Notes under the pieces: model-generated
The model's database searches: none
What the model saw: the letters and a program-made list of their open reading frames with translations, nothing else
Told to the model about the DNA's origin: nothing
Assembly (NCBI GenBank): GCA_045633765.1
Contig: JAZQZA010000049.1
Location: 1 to 47,656 of the forward strand
DNA length: 47,656 nucleotides
Source: Tidjanibacter sp.
GTDB taxonomy: Bacteria; Bacteroidota; Bacteroidia; Bacteroidales; Rikenellaceae
Reading direction: 5' to 3'
Position numbers and translations under genes: made by a program
Shown: one piece after another, positions 28,985 through 37,976 of the stretch
Layout: every line of letters starts with the position of its first letter
How positions within the stretch are numbered: the stretch's first letter is position 1

Positions 28985-30769
28985 TTATTCAACTACGATT
29001 TTCAGGTCTTTGTATCTTACAAGCGACCAGAAGTTATTGACCATATTACCCTCGTGCATAACGAAATGGTAGGGAACCTTCAGCATTGGGTTCTCAATTG
29101 CGTTGACCGCATCGGCCAAGTCACCACCATTAAACATTGCGGTTGAGAAGAGTTTCACCGCATCGTAGGCCCTATAGGCAAAGATGGAGGGAAGTCGACC
29201 AAATGCCTGCAAATAGCGGCCATCGAACATTGCGATACGATTGGTAGTCCTATCGGCGTGATAGTTGGCAAAGTAGGCCACATTGAGCTTGAAATACATT
29301 GCACGGTCGATATACCTATATTTAGTCCAGGAGGAGTTGCCGACAACCGTCACAGGGTAGTTGTTCTTGAGGCCCCTGGTGGTGAACACACCACACATCA
29401 GAGTCATAACCCTATCGACATCCATCTCATCGGAACTCAATATGAAGACAACATTGCCACTTCGCTGCAAAGCACCATTGAGATCAATCTCGCCCTCGGT
29501 CTCAAACTGGTCATTAAAGACAAGTTTCGTACAAGCCCTATCGCCCAGCGCGCTCTCAATCTCCGCAGCAAACTGCTCATCGGTCTTGGGGGTATAGATA
29601 AGCACCACATTGCTCGCGTCGGTTACGAGCTTATCAATCTTATCGTAGTGGTTCTCTGCCAAGGGAGCCATACGGAAGAAGCCGCGACCATAGTGGCCAT
29701 TGGTAGAGGTCTCCAGAGGCGACACAACAGGGATGCTATTCTCCTTTGCATACTCCAGCACCGCACCTGCATTGCGCTCATAGACGGGGCCGATAAAGAG
29801 GTCTGTGTTGTCGATTTTGGGGTCGTACATCATAATAGAATCCACAAAGGCTGCCGAGTTGCAGGTGTCGTAGACCTGAAGATTGACCGAGCGGCCCTGC
29901 GCCTTAAGGTCCTCCAAGGCCAAGAGTGCGCCCTGATAGAACTCCACAAAGCTACCCCTCACCCTGCCGAGAGAGTCGCTCATTGGGAGCATCATAGTAA
30001 TCGTGAGTGCGTTTTTGTGGAAGGTGCGATAGCGCACGCTATCCTGATAGTAGAGTTCATCCTCCTCGGTGAAGACCACATTCTCCTCGCCACAACCATC
30101 GCCACGGCGGCTCTTGAGCACCATTCCTGCATAAAGCTCGCCGAACTCGCCATTGTCGCGCCTGAAGGTCTCTAGGTCAATCATCCTCCTCATAGCAATC
30201 GAATAGAGCGAGTCGCTGGGCTCCACTACGAAGTAGTTGTACTTGAGCGACAGCTGCTGAAGAATGGTTGCATAGCGGCGGCCTTCAACCATCAGATCCT
30301 CCAGCGTTGCACCGCCCATTGCGCTCTTACGAATGAGCAGCGTGTGGCGATTGCCGATGTTGGTGATGTCCAATGCGGGGTTGTCCTCAATCAGGGTGTC
30401 GAGCGAGATGCCATACTCAACAGCCACCTCGTAGAGCGACTCGCCCTCCACGGGACGATAGCGCTCAAACCTATCATCACCCCTCTCGGGAAGCAAATCG
30501 CGCACCCTCTTATAGCAAGGAACACGCAACACATCTCCCTCATAAAGGATAACAAGGCTATCCGTATTGAGTTTATTGAGGGTTACCAACCTCGCCTCCG
30601 AGATGGAATATATGTCGGCAACATCCGACAAGTTCTCGTCCATCCCAACAGTGTGGATGTAGTAGTTCCTCGAATCAATCGACAGCACCACCTTGGAGCG
30701 TTCACTTTGTGCCATTGCAAGCGTAACGCCACAAGCGAGTGTCAGCAGAAATAGAACAATTTTTTTCAT
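28985..30769 (-). CDS. LysM-repeat protein with C-terminal periplasmic-binding-protein (type 1) domain
   Basis: Signal peptide; LysM-like repeats (HTV..ENLSDVADIY, GESLYEVAVEYG, SDSLYSIA); EFYQGALLALEDL..V.L.VYDT and IGPVY. Confidence 0.8.
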   Translation of the reverse strand: MKKIVLFLLTLACGVTLAMAQSERSKVVLSIDSRNYYIHTVGMDENLSDVADIYSISEARLVTLNKLNTDSLVILYEGDVLRVPCYKRVRDLLPERGDDRFERYRPVEGESLYEVAVEYGISLDTLIEDNPALDITNIGNRHTLLIRKSAMGGATLEDLMVEGRRYATILQQLSLKYNYFVVEPSDSLYSIAMRRMIDLETFRRDNGEFGELYAGMVLKSRRGDGCGEENVVFTEEDELYYQDSVRYRTFHKNALTITMMLPMSDSLGRVRGSFVEFYQGALLALEDLKAQGRSVNLQVYDTCNSAAFVDSIMMYDPKIDNTDLFIGPVYERNAGAVLEYAKENSIPVVSPLETSTNGHYGRGFFRMAPLAENHYDKIDKLVTDASNVVLIYTPKTDEQFAAEIESALGDRACTKLVFNDQFETEGEIDLNGALQRSGNVVFILSSDEMDVDRVMTLMCGVFTTRGLKNNYPVTVVGNSSWTKYRYIDRAMYFKLNVAYFANYHADRTTNRIAMFDGRYLQAFGRLPSIFAYRAYDAVKLFSTAMFNGGDLADAVNAIENPMLKVPYHFVMHEGNMVNNFWSLVRYKDLKIVVE

Positions 30770-30788
30770 TGGTTTCTCCAATAAAGGT

Positions 30789-31571
30789 TTATTTAATTCG
30801 GGTTTTAATCTGGGTAATCACTTGTTTCGTGTAGAGAGGGAAGTCGCCATTCATCATCCAATCATAGTAGGAAGGCTCTTTGCGGAATACCTCCTCCACC
30901 GACTGTCCCTTATACTTACCGAAGCCGAACACCTCACGGTCCTTATCGTCGTAGAGGATGCGACCTGCATAGTCGGCCATTCGGCTCTGCTGGCTGTACT
31001 CGGCCAGTGCGGCGATATCATTGGGAAGGTCGTCGTAGCGATCCAGCTGTGCCATAAGCACCTCATAGGTTGCCAGCGTGTCGGCCTCGGCCGAATGGGC
31101 ACCTTCAAGATCCTTATCGCAGTAGAACTTGTATGCTGCCGAGAGTGTGCGCTGCTCCTTCTTGTGGAAGATGGTCTGCACATCCACAAACTTACGCTTC
31201 TTGAGGTCTATGCTCACACCCGCCCTCAAGAACTCCTCGGCCAATATCGGAACATCGAACCTGTTGGAGTTGAATCCGCCGATGTCGCAACCCTTAATGA
31301 GCTCGGCGAGCGACTTAGCCACCTGACGGAAGGTTGGCGCATCGGCCACATCCTCATCGGTGATGTGGTGCACAGCGGTTGCCTCCTCGGGGATGTGCAT
31401 AACATTGCCGCTATCGTCAACGGGCTTAATCCTGCGAGTCTTCACCACGGGCTCGTCGCTACCGGGCATCACCTTCACGAGAGAGATCTCGATGATTCGG
31501 TCTTTGACAATATCGATACCGGTAGTTTCGACATCGAAGAATACGATGGGGTTTTTGAGATTCAGTTGCAT
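30789..31571 (-). CDS. dnaQ: DEDDh 3'-5' exonuclease (DNA polymerase III epsilon-like)
   Basis: Motifs FFDVETTG, GFNSNRFD and HSAEADT; C-terminal FGKYKG; directly downstream of dnaN. Confidence 0.85.
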   Translation of the reverse strand: MQLNLKNPIVFFDVETTGIDIVKDRIIEISLVKVMPGSDEPVVKTRRIKPVDDSGNVMHIPEEATAVHHITDEDVADAPTFRQVAKSLAELIKGCDIGGFNSNRFDVPILAEEFLRAGVSIDLKKRKFVDVQTIFHKKEQRTLSAAYKFYCDKDLEGAHSAEADTLATYEVLMAQLDRYDDLPNDIAALAEYSQQSRMADYAGRILYDDKDREVFGFGKYKGQSVEEVFRKEPSYYDWMMNGDFPLYTKQVITQIKTRIK

Positions 31572-31599
31572 TCTAAAACACTCTTGGCAAGTAATCAAA

Positions 31600-32724
31600 C
31601 TACGAGTTAATCATCATAGGCATAAGGAGCATCAGAGTATTTGCGCTCTGGGGCTCATCATAGAGGGGCTTGAACACACCTGCACGAGTCGAATCGGCCA
31701 GCTCGATAACCACGCTGGGGGTCTCAATGTTGGAGAGAATCTCCACGAGGAAGGTCGATTTGAAGCCAATAACGATGGGAGCACCCTCATAGGCACAAGC
31801 TACTCTCTCGCGTGCCGAGTAGGAGAAGTCGAGGTCCTTGGTTGCGAGGTTGATGGTGTTGGCGCCGATGTTGAACTCAACGAGGTTGGTTGCCTGATTG
31901 GAGCAGACAGCCACACGCTTGATAGCGTTGAGAATCTCCACCCTGTCAACAATCACCTTGTTGGGGTTAGCAGCGGGAATCACTGCGTTGTAGTTGGGAT
32001 AGAAGCCCTCGATAAGGCGGCAGACAAGAGTGCTGTTTTTGAGGTAGAAGACCACATTTTTCTTATCGAAAGCAACCTTCACTGTGTCCTCCTCTTTGAG
32101 CAGAATACCTCGCAAGAGGTTGGCGGGTTTCTTGGGCAGGATGAAGGAAGCGTCGGCCGAAATCTCAGCCTCTGCGGTGTGCTTCACAAGCTTGTGGGCG
32201 TCGGTAGCAACGAAGGTTACAAGGCCCGAAGCCAAGTTAACATAGACACCATTCATCACGGGACGCAGGTCGTCATCAGCAGTTGCGAAGATAGTCTTGT
32301 TGATACCGCCAATCATCATATCCACATCCATCATCACCTCATTTTTGTCCTCTGCCAACTCGGGAAGTGCGGGATAGCCGAGTCCCGAGGTGCCGGGGAT
32401 TGAGAGCGAACCACTCTTCCAGCTCACGGTAATCTCCCAAGTATCCTCATTGGCCTCGATGGTCAGGGGCTGCTCGGAGAACTCCTTCAACGAATCGAGC
32501 ATCAGTTTCACGGGTGCTGCAATCACACCCTCGCGCTCAACACCATCGACCTCCACCGAACCAACGAGAGTTGTCTCGAGGTCGGAAGCGGTAACCTTGA
32601 GTGTTTTGCCCTTCAGGTCGAAGAGGAAGTAATCGAGGATGGGAAGAGTGTTTTTGCTGCTTACCACCTTACCTGTTGTCGAGAGGAGCGACAGCAGCGC
32701 CGAAGAGGAAATAGTAAATTTCAT
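31600..32724 (-). CDS. dnaN: DNA polymerase III beta sliding clamp
   Basis: Motifs NTLPILD, ASDLE, LRPVMNG, VATDAHKL, RLIEG.YPNY..VIP and C-terminal LLMPM; 374 aa. Confidence 0.97.
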   Translation of the reverse strand: MKFTISSSALLSLLSTTGKVVSSKNTLPILDYFLFDLKGKTLKVTASDLETTLVGSVEVDGVEREGVIAAPVKLMLDSLKEFSEQPLTIEANEDTWEITVSWKSGSLSIPGTSGLGYPALPELAEDKNEVMMDVDMMIGGINKTIFATADDDLRPVMNGVYVNLASGLVTFVATDAHKLVKHTAEAEISADASFILPKKPANLLRGILLKEEDTVKVAFDKKNVVFYLKNSTLVCRLIEGFYPNYNAVIPAANPNKVIVDRVEILNAIKRVAVCSNQATNLVEFNIGANTINLATKDLDFSYSARERVACAYEGAPIVIGFKSTFLVEILSNIETPSVVIELADSTRAGVFKPLYDEPQSANTLMLLMPMMINS

Positions 32725-32805
32725 AGTGTCTTGATTTTTATAGTTTTACATTCGTTATTTGTCTGTTCTTTATTTCGCACGTCGTACGCGCGCGTACACT
32801 AAGTG

Positions 32806-32813
32806 CAAATTTA
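32806..32813 (-). promoter_or_regulatory. -7 promoter box for dnaN operon
   Basis: TAAATTTG followed by CAC on the minus strand. Confidence 0.6.
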
Positions 32814-32874
32814 ACCTTCAAATGTAGAAAAAAATATTGAGTAAAACAATTTTTCACCACAATTTATAGGGAAA

Positions 32875-33004
32875 TTGAAAGTTGAAAGTTAGGATAGATG
32901 GGGCCCATAAGCCCCATAAGCCCCATAAGCCCCATAAGACCCATAAGACCTATAAGACCTATAAGACTTAGGTCGGTTAGACTTTAGACCTTTGACTTTA
33001 GACA
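32875..33004. repeat. Microsatellite cluster: (TTGAAAG)x2, 9-mer CC[C/T]ATAAG[C/A] x7 (32904-32966), 7-mer TT[A/T]GAC[T/C/A] x4 (32977-33004)
   Basis: Read directly from the sequence. Confidence 0.9.
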
Positions 33005-33007
33005 AAA

Positions 33008-33131
33008 AAAACGCAGATTGCGGAGGGATATTTGTGCCAAACAAAGGAGCGGACTCCGCAGCCTACAAAGCGTAGGTGAGGAAGTCCGCTCTCTGAAGGT
33101 TGGTGCAAAAAGCACCCACAATATGCGTTTT
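33008..33131 (+). repeat. Long imperfect palindromic element, copy 1 (REP/MITE-like or structured ncRNA)
   Basis: Nested stems AAAACGCAgATTG/CAATaTGCGTTTT, TTTGTGCCAA/TTGGTGCAAA, GAGCGGACT/AGTCCGCTC and CCTAC/GTAGG. Same architecture as 42688-42801. Confidence 0.75.
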
Positions 33132-34492
33132 TACTCCGCGAAGTGTTTATAGAAACGGATAATGGTATCGATACCCTTATAGAATTGGTCGAGGCCGTAA
33201 CTCTCATTGGGCGAGTGGATTGCATCCTTACCCAAGCCAAAGCCGATCAAGATGGATTTCATACCCAGAATCCTCTCAAAGCCGCTCACAATGGGAATGC
33301 TACCGCCCGAGTAGAAGGGCAAAGGACGCTTGCCAAAGGTGTCCACGATGGCGGCCTCGGCAGCCTTATAGGCCTTCAAATCCGTGGGCGAAACATAGGG
33401 CTGACCACCGTGGAGCGACTTCACATCCACCTTCACGCACTTGGGCGCAATGGCACGGAAGTAGTCCTCGAAGAGCTGGGCAATCTTCTCCCAATTCTGG
33501 TCGGGAACAAGGCGCATAGAGATTTTTGCGTATGCCTTCGAGGGGATGATGGTCTTTGTGCCCTCAAGGGTGTAGCCACCCCAAATGCCGTTTACATCAA
33601 GCGAAGGACGAACGCCGGTGCGCTCAATGGTGGTATAACCCTCCTCGCCGGCAAGTTCCTCGACACCGACACCACGCATATACTCCTCCTTATCATAGGG
33701 GGCCTTATTGAAGTTGGTGCGCTCCTCCTCGGTGAGGATTCTCACATCGTCATAGAAGCCGGGGATAGTCACACGGCCATTCTCATCCACGAGCTTTGTG
33801 ATGAGGTTTGCCAGAACATTTGCGGGGTTAGCAACAGCGCCACCATAAAGGCCCGAGTGCAGGTCGTGGTCGGGACCCGTAACCTCCACCTGCATATAGC
33901 ACAGACCGCGCAGACCACAGGTAATCGAGGGGGTGTCCATCGAAATCATACTCGTATCGGAAATGAGGATAACGTCGCCCTTTACGAGCTCCTTATGCTC
34001 CTCACACCAAGCATAGAGGCTGGGTGAGCCAATCTCCTCCTCGCCTTCGAGCATAAACTTCACATTACAAGGCAGTTCACCCGTAGCAACCATAGCCTCA
34101 AAGGCCTTGGCGTGCATAAAGAGCTGGCCCTTATCATCATCAGCACCACGGCACCAAATGCGACCATCCTTAATCACGGGCTCGAAGGGATCAGTGCGCC
34201 ACTCATCCTTGGGGTCCTCGGGCATTACATCGTAGTGACCATAGACAACTACAGTGGGCTTTGCGGGGTCGATAATCTTCTCGGCATAGACCACGGGATT
34301 ACCGGCCGTTGGCATCACTTCGGCACGATCGGCACCGGCCTTAAGGAGCGACTCACGGAGCCACTCGGCCGTCCTTACCATATCTTCGTGGTGGAAGCTC
34401 TGGGCGCTAATGGAGGGGATTCGGAGCAGCTCGAAGAGCTCCTCGAGGAAACGCTCACGGTTCTGCTGTACAAATTGATTACTCTTTTCCAT
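33131..34492 (-). CDS. M20 family dipeptidase (ArgE/DapE-like)
   Basis: Motifs YGHYDV, RGADDDKGQ, EGEEEIGS, DLHSG and IHSPNE. Alternative start at 34507. Confidence 0.92.
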   Translation of the reverse strand: MEKSNQFVQQNRERFLEELFELLRIPSISAQSFHHEDMVRTAEWLRESLLKAGADRAEVMPTAGNPVVYAEKIIDPAKPTVVVYGHYDVMPEDPKDEWRTDPFEPVIKDGRIWCRGADDDKGQLFMHAKAFEAMVATGELPCNVKFMLEGEEEIGSPSLYAWCEEHKELVKGDVILISDTSMISMDTPSITCGLRGLCYMQVEVTGPDHDLHSGLYGGAVANPANVLANLITKLVDENGRVTIPGFYDDVRILTEEERTNFNKAPYDKEEYMRGVGVEELAGEEGYTTIERTGVRPSLDVNGIWGGYTLEGTKTIIPSKAYAKISMRLVPDQNWEKIAQLFEDYFRAIAPKCVKVDVKSLHGGQPYVSPTDLKAYKAAEAAIVDTFGKRPLPFYSGGSIPIVSGFERILGMKSILIGFGLGKDAIHSPNESYGLDQFYKGIDTIIRFYKHFAE

Positions 34493-34522
34493 ACTTTTGA
34501 GGTTCATTTAACAAATTTTCAC

Positions 34523-34568
34523 TATATTTGTATATTCAACATCGAATGTTTGTTGAGTTACAAATTTA
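34523..34568. promoter_or_regulatory. Pair of overlapping divergent -7 boxes
   Basis: TATATTTG on + (34523-34530) and TAAATTTG on - (34561-34568). Confidence 0.55.
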
Positions 34569-34608
34569 CAAATAATTGGGCAATATAAAAAATTGAAAAG
34601 ATAAAATT

Positions 34609-35484
34609 ATGAGAACAATCCCAACTTCCGAGCTCATCATCAACTCCGATGGCTCGATTTTCCACCTCCACATCAAACCCGAGCACTTGGCCGACACCGT
34701 AATCCTCGTCGGCGACCCCGGCAGGGTAGAGATGGTGGCAAACTATTTCGACGAGAAAGAGTGCAACATCGCCAGCCGCGAGTTCCGCACCATCACCGGC
34801 ACCTATAAAGGCAAGCGTATGACCGTCATTTCGACCGGCATCGGCACCGACAACATTGATATCGTTGTGAGCGAATTGGACGCACTTGCCAACATCGACT
34901 TCGAAACACGCACCGAGAAGGAGCAGAAACGCTCCCTCACCCTGCTGCGACTCGGCACCTCGGGCGCTATTCAGCCCGACATCCCTCTGGGCTCGTTTGT
35001 ATTTGCGCGCTCATCTGTGGGCTTCGATGGCCTCTTGAACTACTACGCAGGTCGTGATGGCGTATGCGACCTCGAGATCGAAAAGGCTTTCGTGGAGCAC
35101 ACAGGCTGGAATCCACAACTCCCCGCCCCCTACTTCATCGAAGCCGACAAGGATCTCTTTGAGCACTTCAAGGATTCGGTGGTGGAGGGTATCACCGTTG
35201 CCGCTCCCGGCTTCTATGGTCCCCAGGGCCGCTGGTTGCGCATAGCTCCTGCCGACAAGGAGCTCAACAGCAAGATTGAGAGTTTCAGCTACAACAATCG
35301 CCGCATCACCAACTTCGAGATGGAGGGCAGTGCTCTTGCAGGCCTTGGTGCGCTTATGGGCCACCGCGCAGGCACCCTCTGCACCATCATTGCACAGAGG
35401 GCCGTAAAGGATATGAACACCGACTACAAGCCCTTCGTAAGGCAGATGATTGAGATGGCGCTCGACAAATTGGCATCATTCTAA
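34609..35484 (+). CDS. udp: Nucleoside (uridine) phosphorylase, PNP_UDP_1 family
   Basis: Motifs SELIIN.DGSIFHL, GDPGRV, STGIGTDN, GFYGPQGR and NFEME. Confidence 0.88.
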   Translation: MRTIPTSELIINSDGSIFHLHIKPEHLADTVILVGDPGRVEMVANYFDEKECNIASREFRTITGTYKGKRMTVISTGIGTDNIDIVVSELDALANIDFETRTEKEQKRSLTLLRLGTSGAIQPDIPLGSFVFARSSVGFDGLLNYYAGRDGVCDLEIEKAFVEHTGWNPQLPAPYFIEADKDLFEHFKDSVVEGITVAAPGFYGPQGRWLRIAPADKELNSKIESFSYNNRRITNFEMEGSALAGLGALMGHRAGTLCTIIAQRAVKDMNTDYKPFVRQMIEMALDKLASF

Positions 35485-35601
35485 CAAAACCACCCTGCCC
35501 CACTCCATTTTTTAGGCCTTTGTAACAAGCTGAAAATGAGTGGGGCATAAAAAAGATTGCAAAAAAGTTCATTTTTTTCTTGCAGATACCCAAAAAAGCC
35601 G

Positions 35602-35609
35602 TATATTTG
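35602..35609 (+). promoter_or_regulatory. -7 promoter box for tRNA-Arg
   Basis: TATATTTG 12 nt before the tRNA, with TTGC about 20 nt further upstream. Confidence 0.7.
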
Positions 35610-35621
35610 TACTCGCAATTC

Positions 35622-35695
35622 GGCACCGTAGCTTAATTGAATAGAGCATCTGACTACGGATCAGAAGGTTACAGGTTTGAGTCCTGTCGGTGTCA
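35622..35695 (+). tRNA. tRNA-Arg(ACG)
   Basis: Acceptor stem GGCACCG/CGGTGTC, anticodon arm TCTGA-CTACGGA-TCAGA, T arm ACAGG-TTTGAGT-CCTGT. CCA is not encoded. Confidence 0.95.
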
Positions 35696-35700
35696 CAAGA

Positions 35701-35729
35701 GGGGTTCCAAATGGAACCCCTTCTTTTTT
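35701..35729 (+). terminator. Intrinsic terminator after tRNA
   Basis: GGGGTTCC-aaat-GGAACCCC followed by TTCTTTTTT. Confidence 0.85.
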
Positions 35730-35752
35730 ATCCACCCCCTCATATAAACGGT

Positions 35753-35792
35753 AAAAAAATAATCGCGGGCAACCCTGTGGGGTCGCCCGCGA
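35753..35792 (-). terminator. Intrinsic terminator for the redoxin genes
   Basis: TCGCGGGCaACCC-tgtg-GGGTcGCCCGCGA hairpin. The mismatch is G-U on the minus strand, which is followed by a U tract. Confidence 0.78.
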
Positions 35793-35819
35793 ACTTTTTA
35801 GGGACAAATGTTGTCGATA

Positions 35820-36851
35820 TTACTCGCTGAGCAGCTCTGCGAGTTTTGCTCCGAGCTCCTCGCCACGCAGGTTGCGTGCAACGATGGTGCCATCCGATGC
35901 GATGAGGAAGTTGGAAGGAATGCTCCTTACAGCATACTTTTTAGCTGATGGATCCTTCCACTCTTTCAGCTCGCTCACATTGGGCCAAACAAGCCCCTTG
36001 GACTCCATAGTAGCCACCCAAGGCTCACGGTTTTTATCGAGGCTCACGCCATAGATCTCAAAGCCTTTATCGTGGTACTTTGCGTAATCCTCCAGCAGGA
36101 AGGGAACCTCCCTCATACAGGGTCCGCACCACGAAGCCCAGAAGTCCAGAAGAACATATTTGTTCTGTGCCAGAACATCGCCAAGCTTGATCATATTGCC
36201 GTCCTTATCGGGCAACTCAAGCTCGATATACTGCTGACCAACATCTACCCTCTTCATAGCCTCTGCGTGCTCTTTGAGGGAGATAGCACCTTGCGACATC
36301 TGCAGCTCACGGGACAAAGCGGCCACTGCCTCCAAAATCTCATCGCGAGTCATACCATAGTAAACCTCGGTAGCGAGCAGATAAAGACCAAAGAGGTTAT
36401 CTTTGTTGGCCTCATAGGCATCTGCGGTGTGCTGATCGTAGTTCTGCTCGGCCACAGCGCGGCTCTCATCGTCAGTAGCTGCGTAATAGGCCTCCAGCAG
36501 AGCCTTTTTCTCGCCACGATAGGCAGCGAAGTTATCGTTGGACTTGGTGCCACCAACAGTCACTGCATCCCAATTCTCAAGGGAGCCTGCAACGGTCACT
36601 ATGCCCTCCTCTACGAAGACCATACGCTGTTTGTCGCCCACAACGAGGTTGGCAAACAGAGGAGCCTCAACATCCAGTTTCATCTCAAACGAGCCATCCT
36701 CGGTGGTGGTCGAAGCGAAGCACTCGGTGCTCTTATTGGCCATAAGTTTCACCTCGCCGGCAAAACCCTCAATGGTACCCTTAACCACATACTCCTTGCC
36801 ACAACCCACCAAAGCGAGGGCCGCAGCAGCAATCATCATAAATCTCTTCAT
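35820..36851 (-). CDS. TlpA/AhpC-TSA family redoxin lipoprotein with N-terminal DUF4369
   Basis: Lipobox LVGC; motifs LLDFWASWCGPC, GVSLD and IPSNFLI. Confidence 0.9.
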   Translation of the reverse strand: MKRFMMIAAAALALVGCGKEYVVKGTIEGFAGEVKLMANKSTECFASTTTEDGSFEMKLDVEAPLFANLVVGDKQRMVFVEEGIVTVAGSLENWDAVTVGGTKSNDNFAAYRGEKKALLEAYYAATDDESRAVAEQNYDQHTADAYEANKDNLFGLYLLATEVYYGMTRDEILEAVAALSRELQMSQGAISLKEHAEAMKRVDVGQQYIELELPDKDGNMIKLGDVLAQNKYVLLDFWASWCGPCMREVPFLLEDYAKYHDKGFEIYGVSLDKNREPWVATMESKGLVWPNVSELKEWKDPSAKKYAVRSIPSNFLIASDGTIVARNLRGEELGAKLAELLSE

Positions 36852-36895
36852 AGTATTAAATAGTTTTTAGGTTTTCTTCTTATTCTCTCTTACAC

Positions 36896-37942
36896 CTACT
36901 CTGCAAAGAACTTGGCAAGCTCCTCTTCGAGGGCCTCGCCACGCAGATTCTTGGCAATAATCTTACCTGTCGAGCTATCGATAAGGAAGTTGGAGGGGAT
37001 GGAGCTAACACCATACTTCTCGGCAGCCTTAGCCTCCGAGTCGGGCAGGGACAGCACATTAACCCACATAAAGTTATTGCTCAGAACAGCACTCATCCAG
37101 CTATCCTTATCGCTATCGAGGCTCACGCCATAGATCTCAAAACCCTTCTCGTGGTAGTCGCCATAGGCCTTCATCAGGTGGGGCACCTCCCTCATACAGG
37201 GACCACACCACGAAGCCCAGAAGTCCAAAAGCACAACCTTATTGGCCTTAACCACCTTGCTGAGTGCCACCTGCTGATCCTCTGCATTGGGAAGCTTGAT
37301 ATCTATGTATTTCTGACCAACCTCGGTCTTGAGTTGAGCCTTGGCGCTCTCTTTGAGGGCTACAATGCTCTCTTCCTTCTGAATCTCGGCGGGAAGAGAT
37401 GCGATTGCGTCGAGAATCTCCTGTGCGGAGAGTTGGGGGTACTTCACACTACTCAGCAAGTAGGCACCCCAAAGGTTGTCCTTATTCTCATTGTAACTAG
37501 CTTCCGCCAGATTCATCACACCCTCCCAAACAGCCTGCTGCTGGTCAGCAGTAGCCTCGCCTGTGAGTATAGGGGCCAAAATCTCGGTCTGCTTGCGGGT
37601 GAACTCCCTGAACGCCTCATTCGAAACGCTACCGCTCACCGAAAGTTTCTCGGCCTCCTCCATAGAGCCCTCAATCTTCAAGGGCGAAGCGTCCACAAAG
37701 ACGGGAATGAGTTGCTTGCCGTGAATCTTCAGCACAGCAATAACGGGGTTTTTACTCTCCACCTCAAGGGTGAAGTTGCCATCCTCGCTCTTAACCTCGG
37801 CAAAGGTCTTCTGGTCGTTAATATCCACCAGAGCAATCTTACCCAGAGCGCCCTCAATGCTACCCTCGATGACATAGGTCTTTGGGGGGTTGCAAGCCGA
37901 CATCATAAGTGCGGCCGCAGCAACAAATATTACTCTTTTCAT
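36896..37942 (-). CDS. TlpA/AhpC-TSA family redoxin lipoprotein with N-terminal DUF4369 (paralog)
   Basis: Lipobox MSAC from ATG 37942; motifs LLDFWASWCGPC and IPSNFLI. Confidence 0.9.
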   Translation of the reverse strand: MKRVIFVAAAALMMSACNPPKTYVIEGSIEGALGKIALVDINDQKTFAEVKSEDGNFTLEVESKNPVIAVLKIHGKQLIPVFVDASPLKIEGSMEEAEKLSVSGSVSNEAFREFTRKQTEILAPILTGEATADQQQAVWEGVMNLAEASYNENKDNLWGAYLLSSVKYPQLSAQEILDAIASLPAEIQKEESIVALKESAKAQLKTEVGQKYIDIKLPNAEDQQVALSKVVKANKVVLLDFWASWCGPCMREVPHLMKAYGDYHEKGFEIYGVSLDSDKDSWMSAVLSNNFMWVNVLSLPDSEAKAAEKYGVSSIPSNFLIDSSTGKIIAKNLRGEALEEELAKFFAE

Positions 37943-37976
37943 ATCCGTAGGGGTTAAATTAATACTCCACCAATCA

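Noticed and set aside
32725-32900. Possible oriC upstream of dnaN
   Set aside because: No dnaA gene and no clear cluster of TTATCCACA-type boxes.
32904-32966. Tandem repeats as a possible CRISPR array
   Set aside because: The units are 9 bp and contiguous, with no unique spacers and no cas genes.
35496-35547. Hairpin TGCCCCACTC...GAGTGGGGCA between udp and the tRNA promoter
   Set aside because: The inverted repeat is real but has a long imperfect interior and no U tract on the + strand. It lacks the CCGCAG/TGAGGA motifs, so it was not called as a terminator or a third element copy.
35622-35820. tRNA-Arg as an integration site for an island
   Set aside because: No integrase and no repeated tRNA 3' end were seen. 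The tRNA is followed directly by its terminator.
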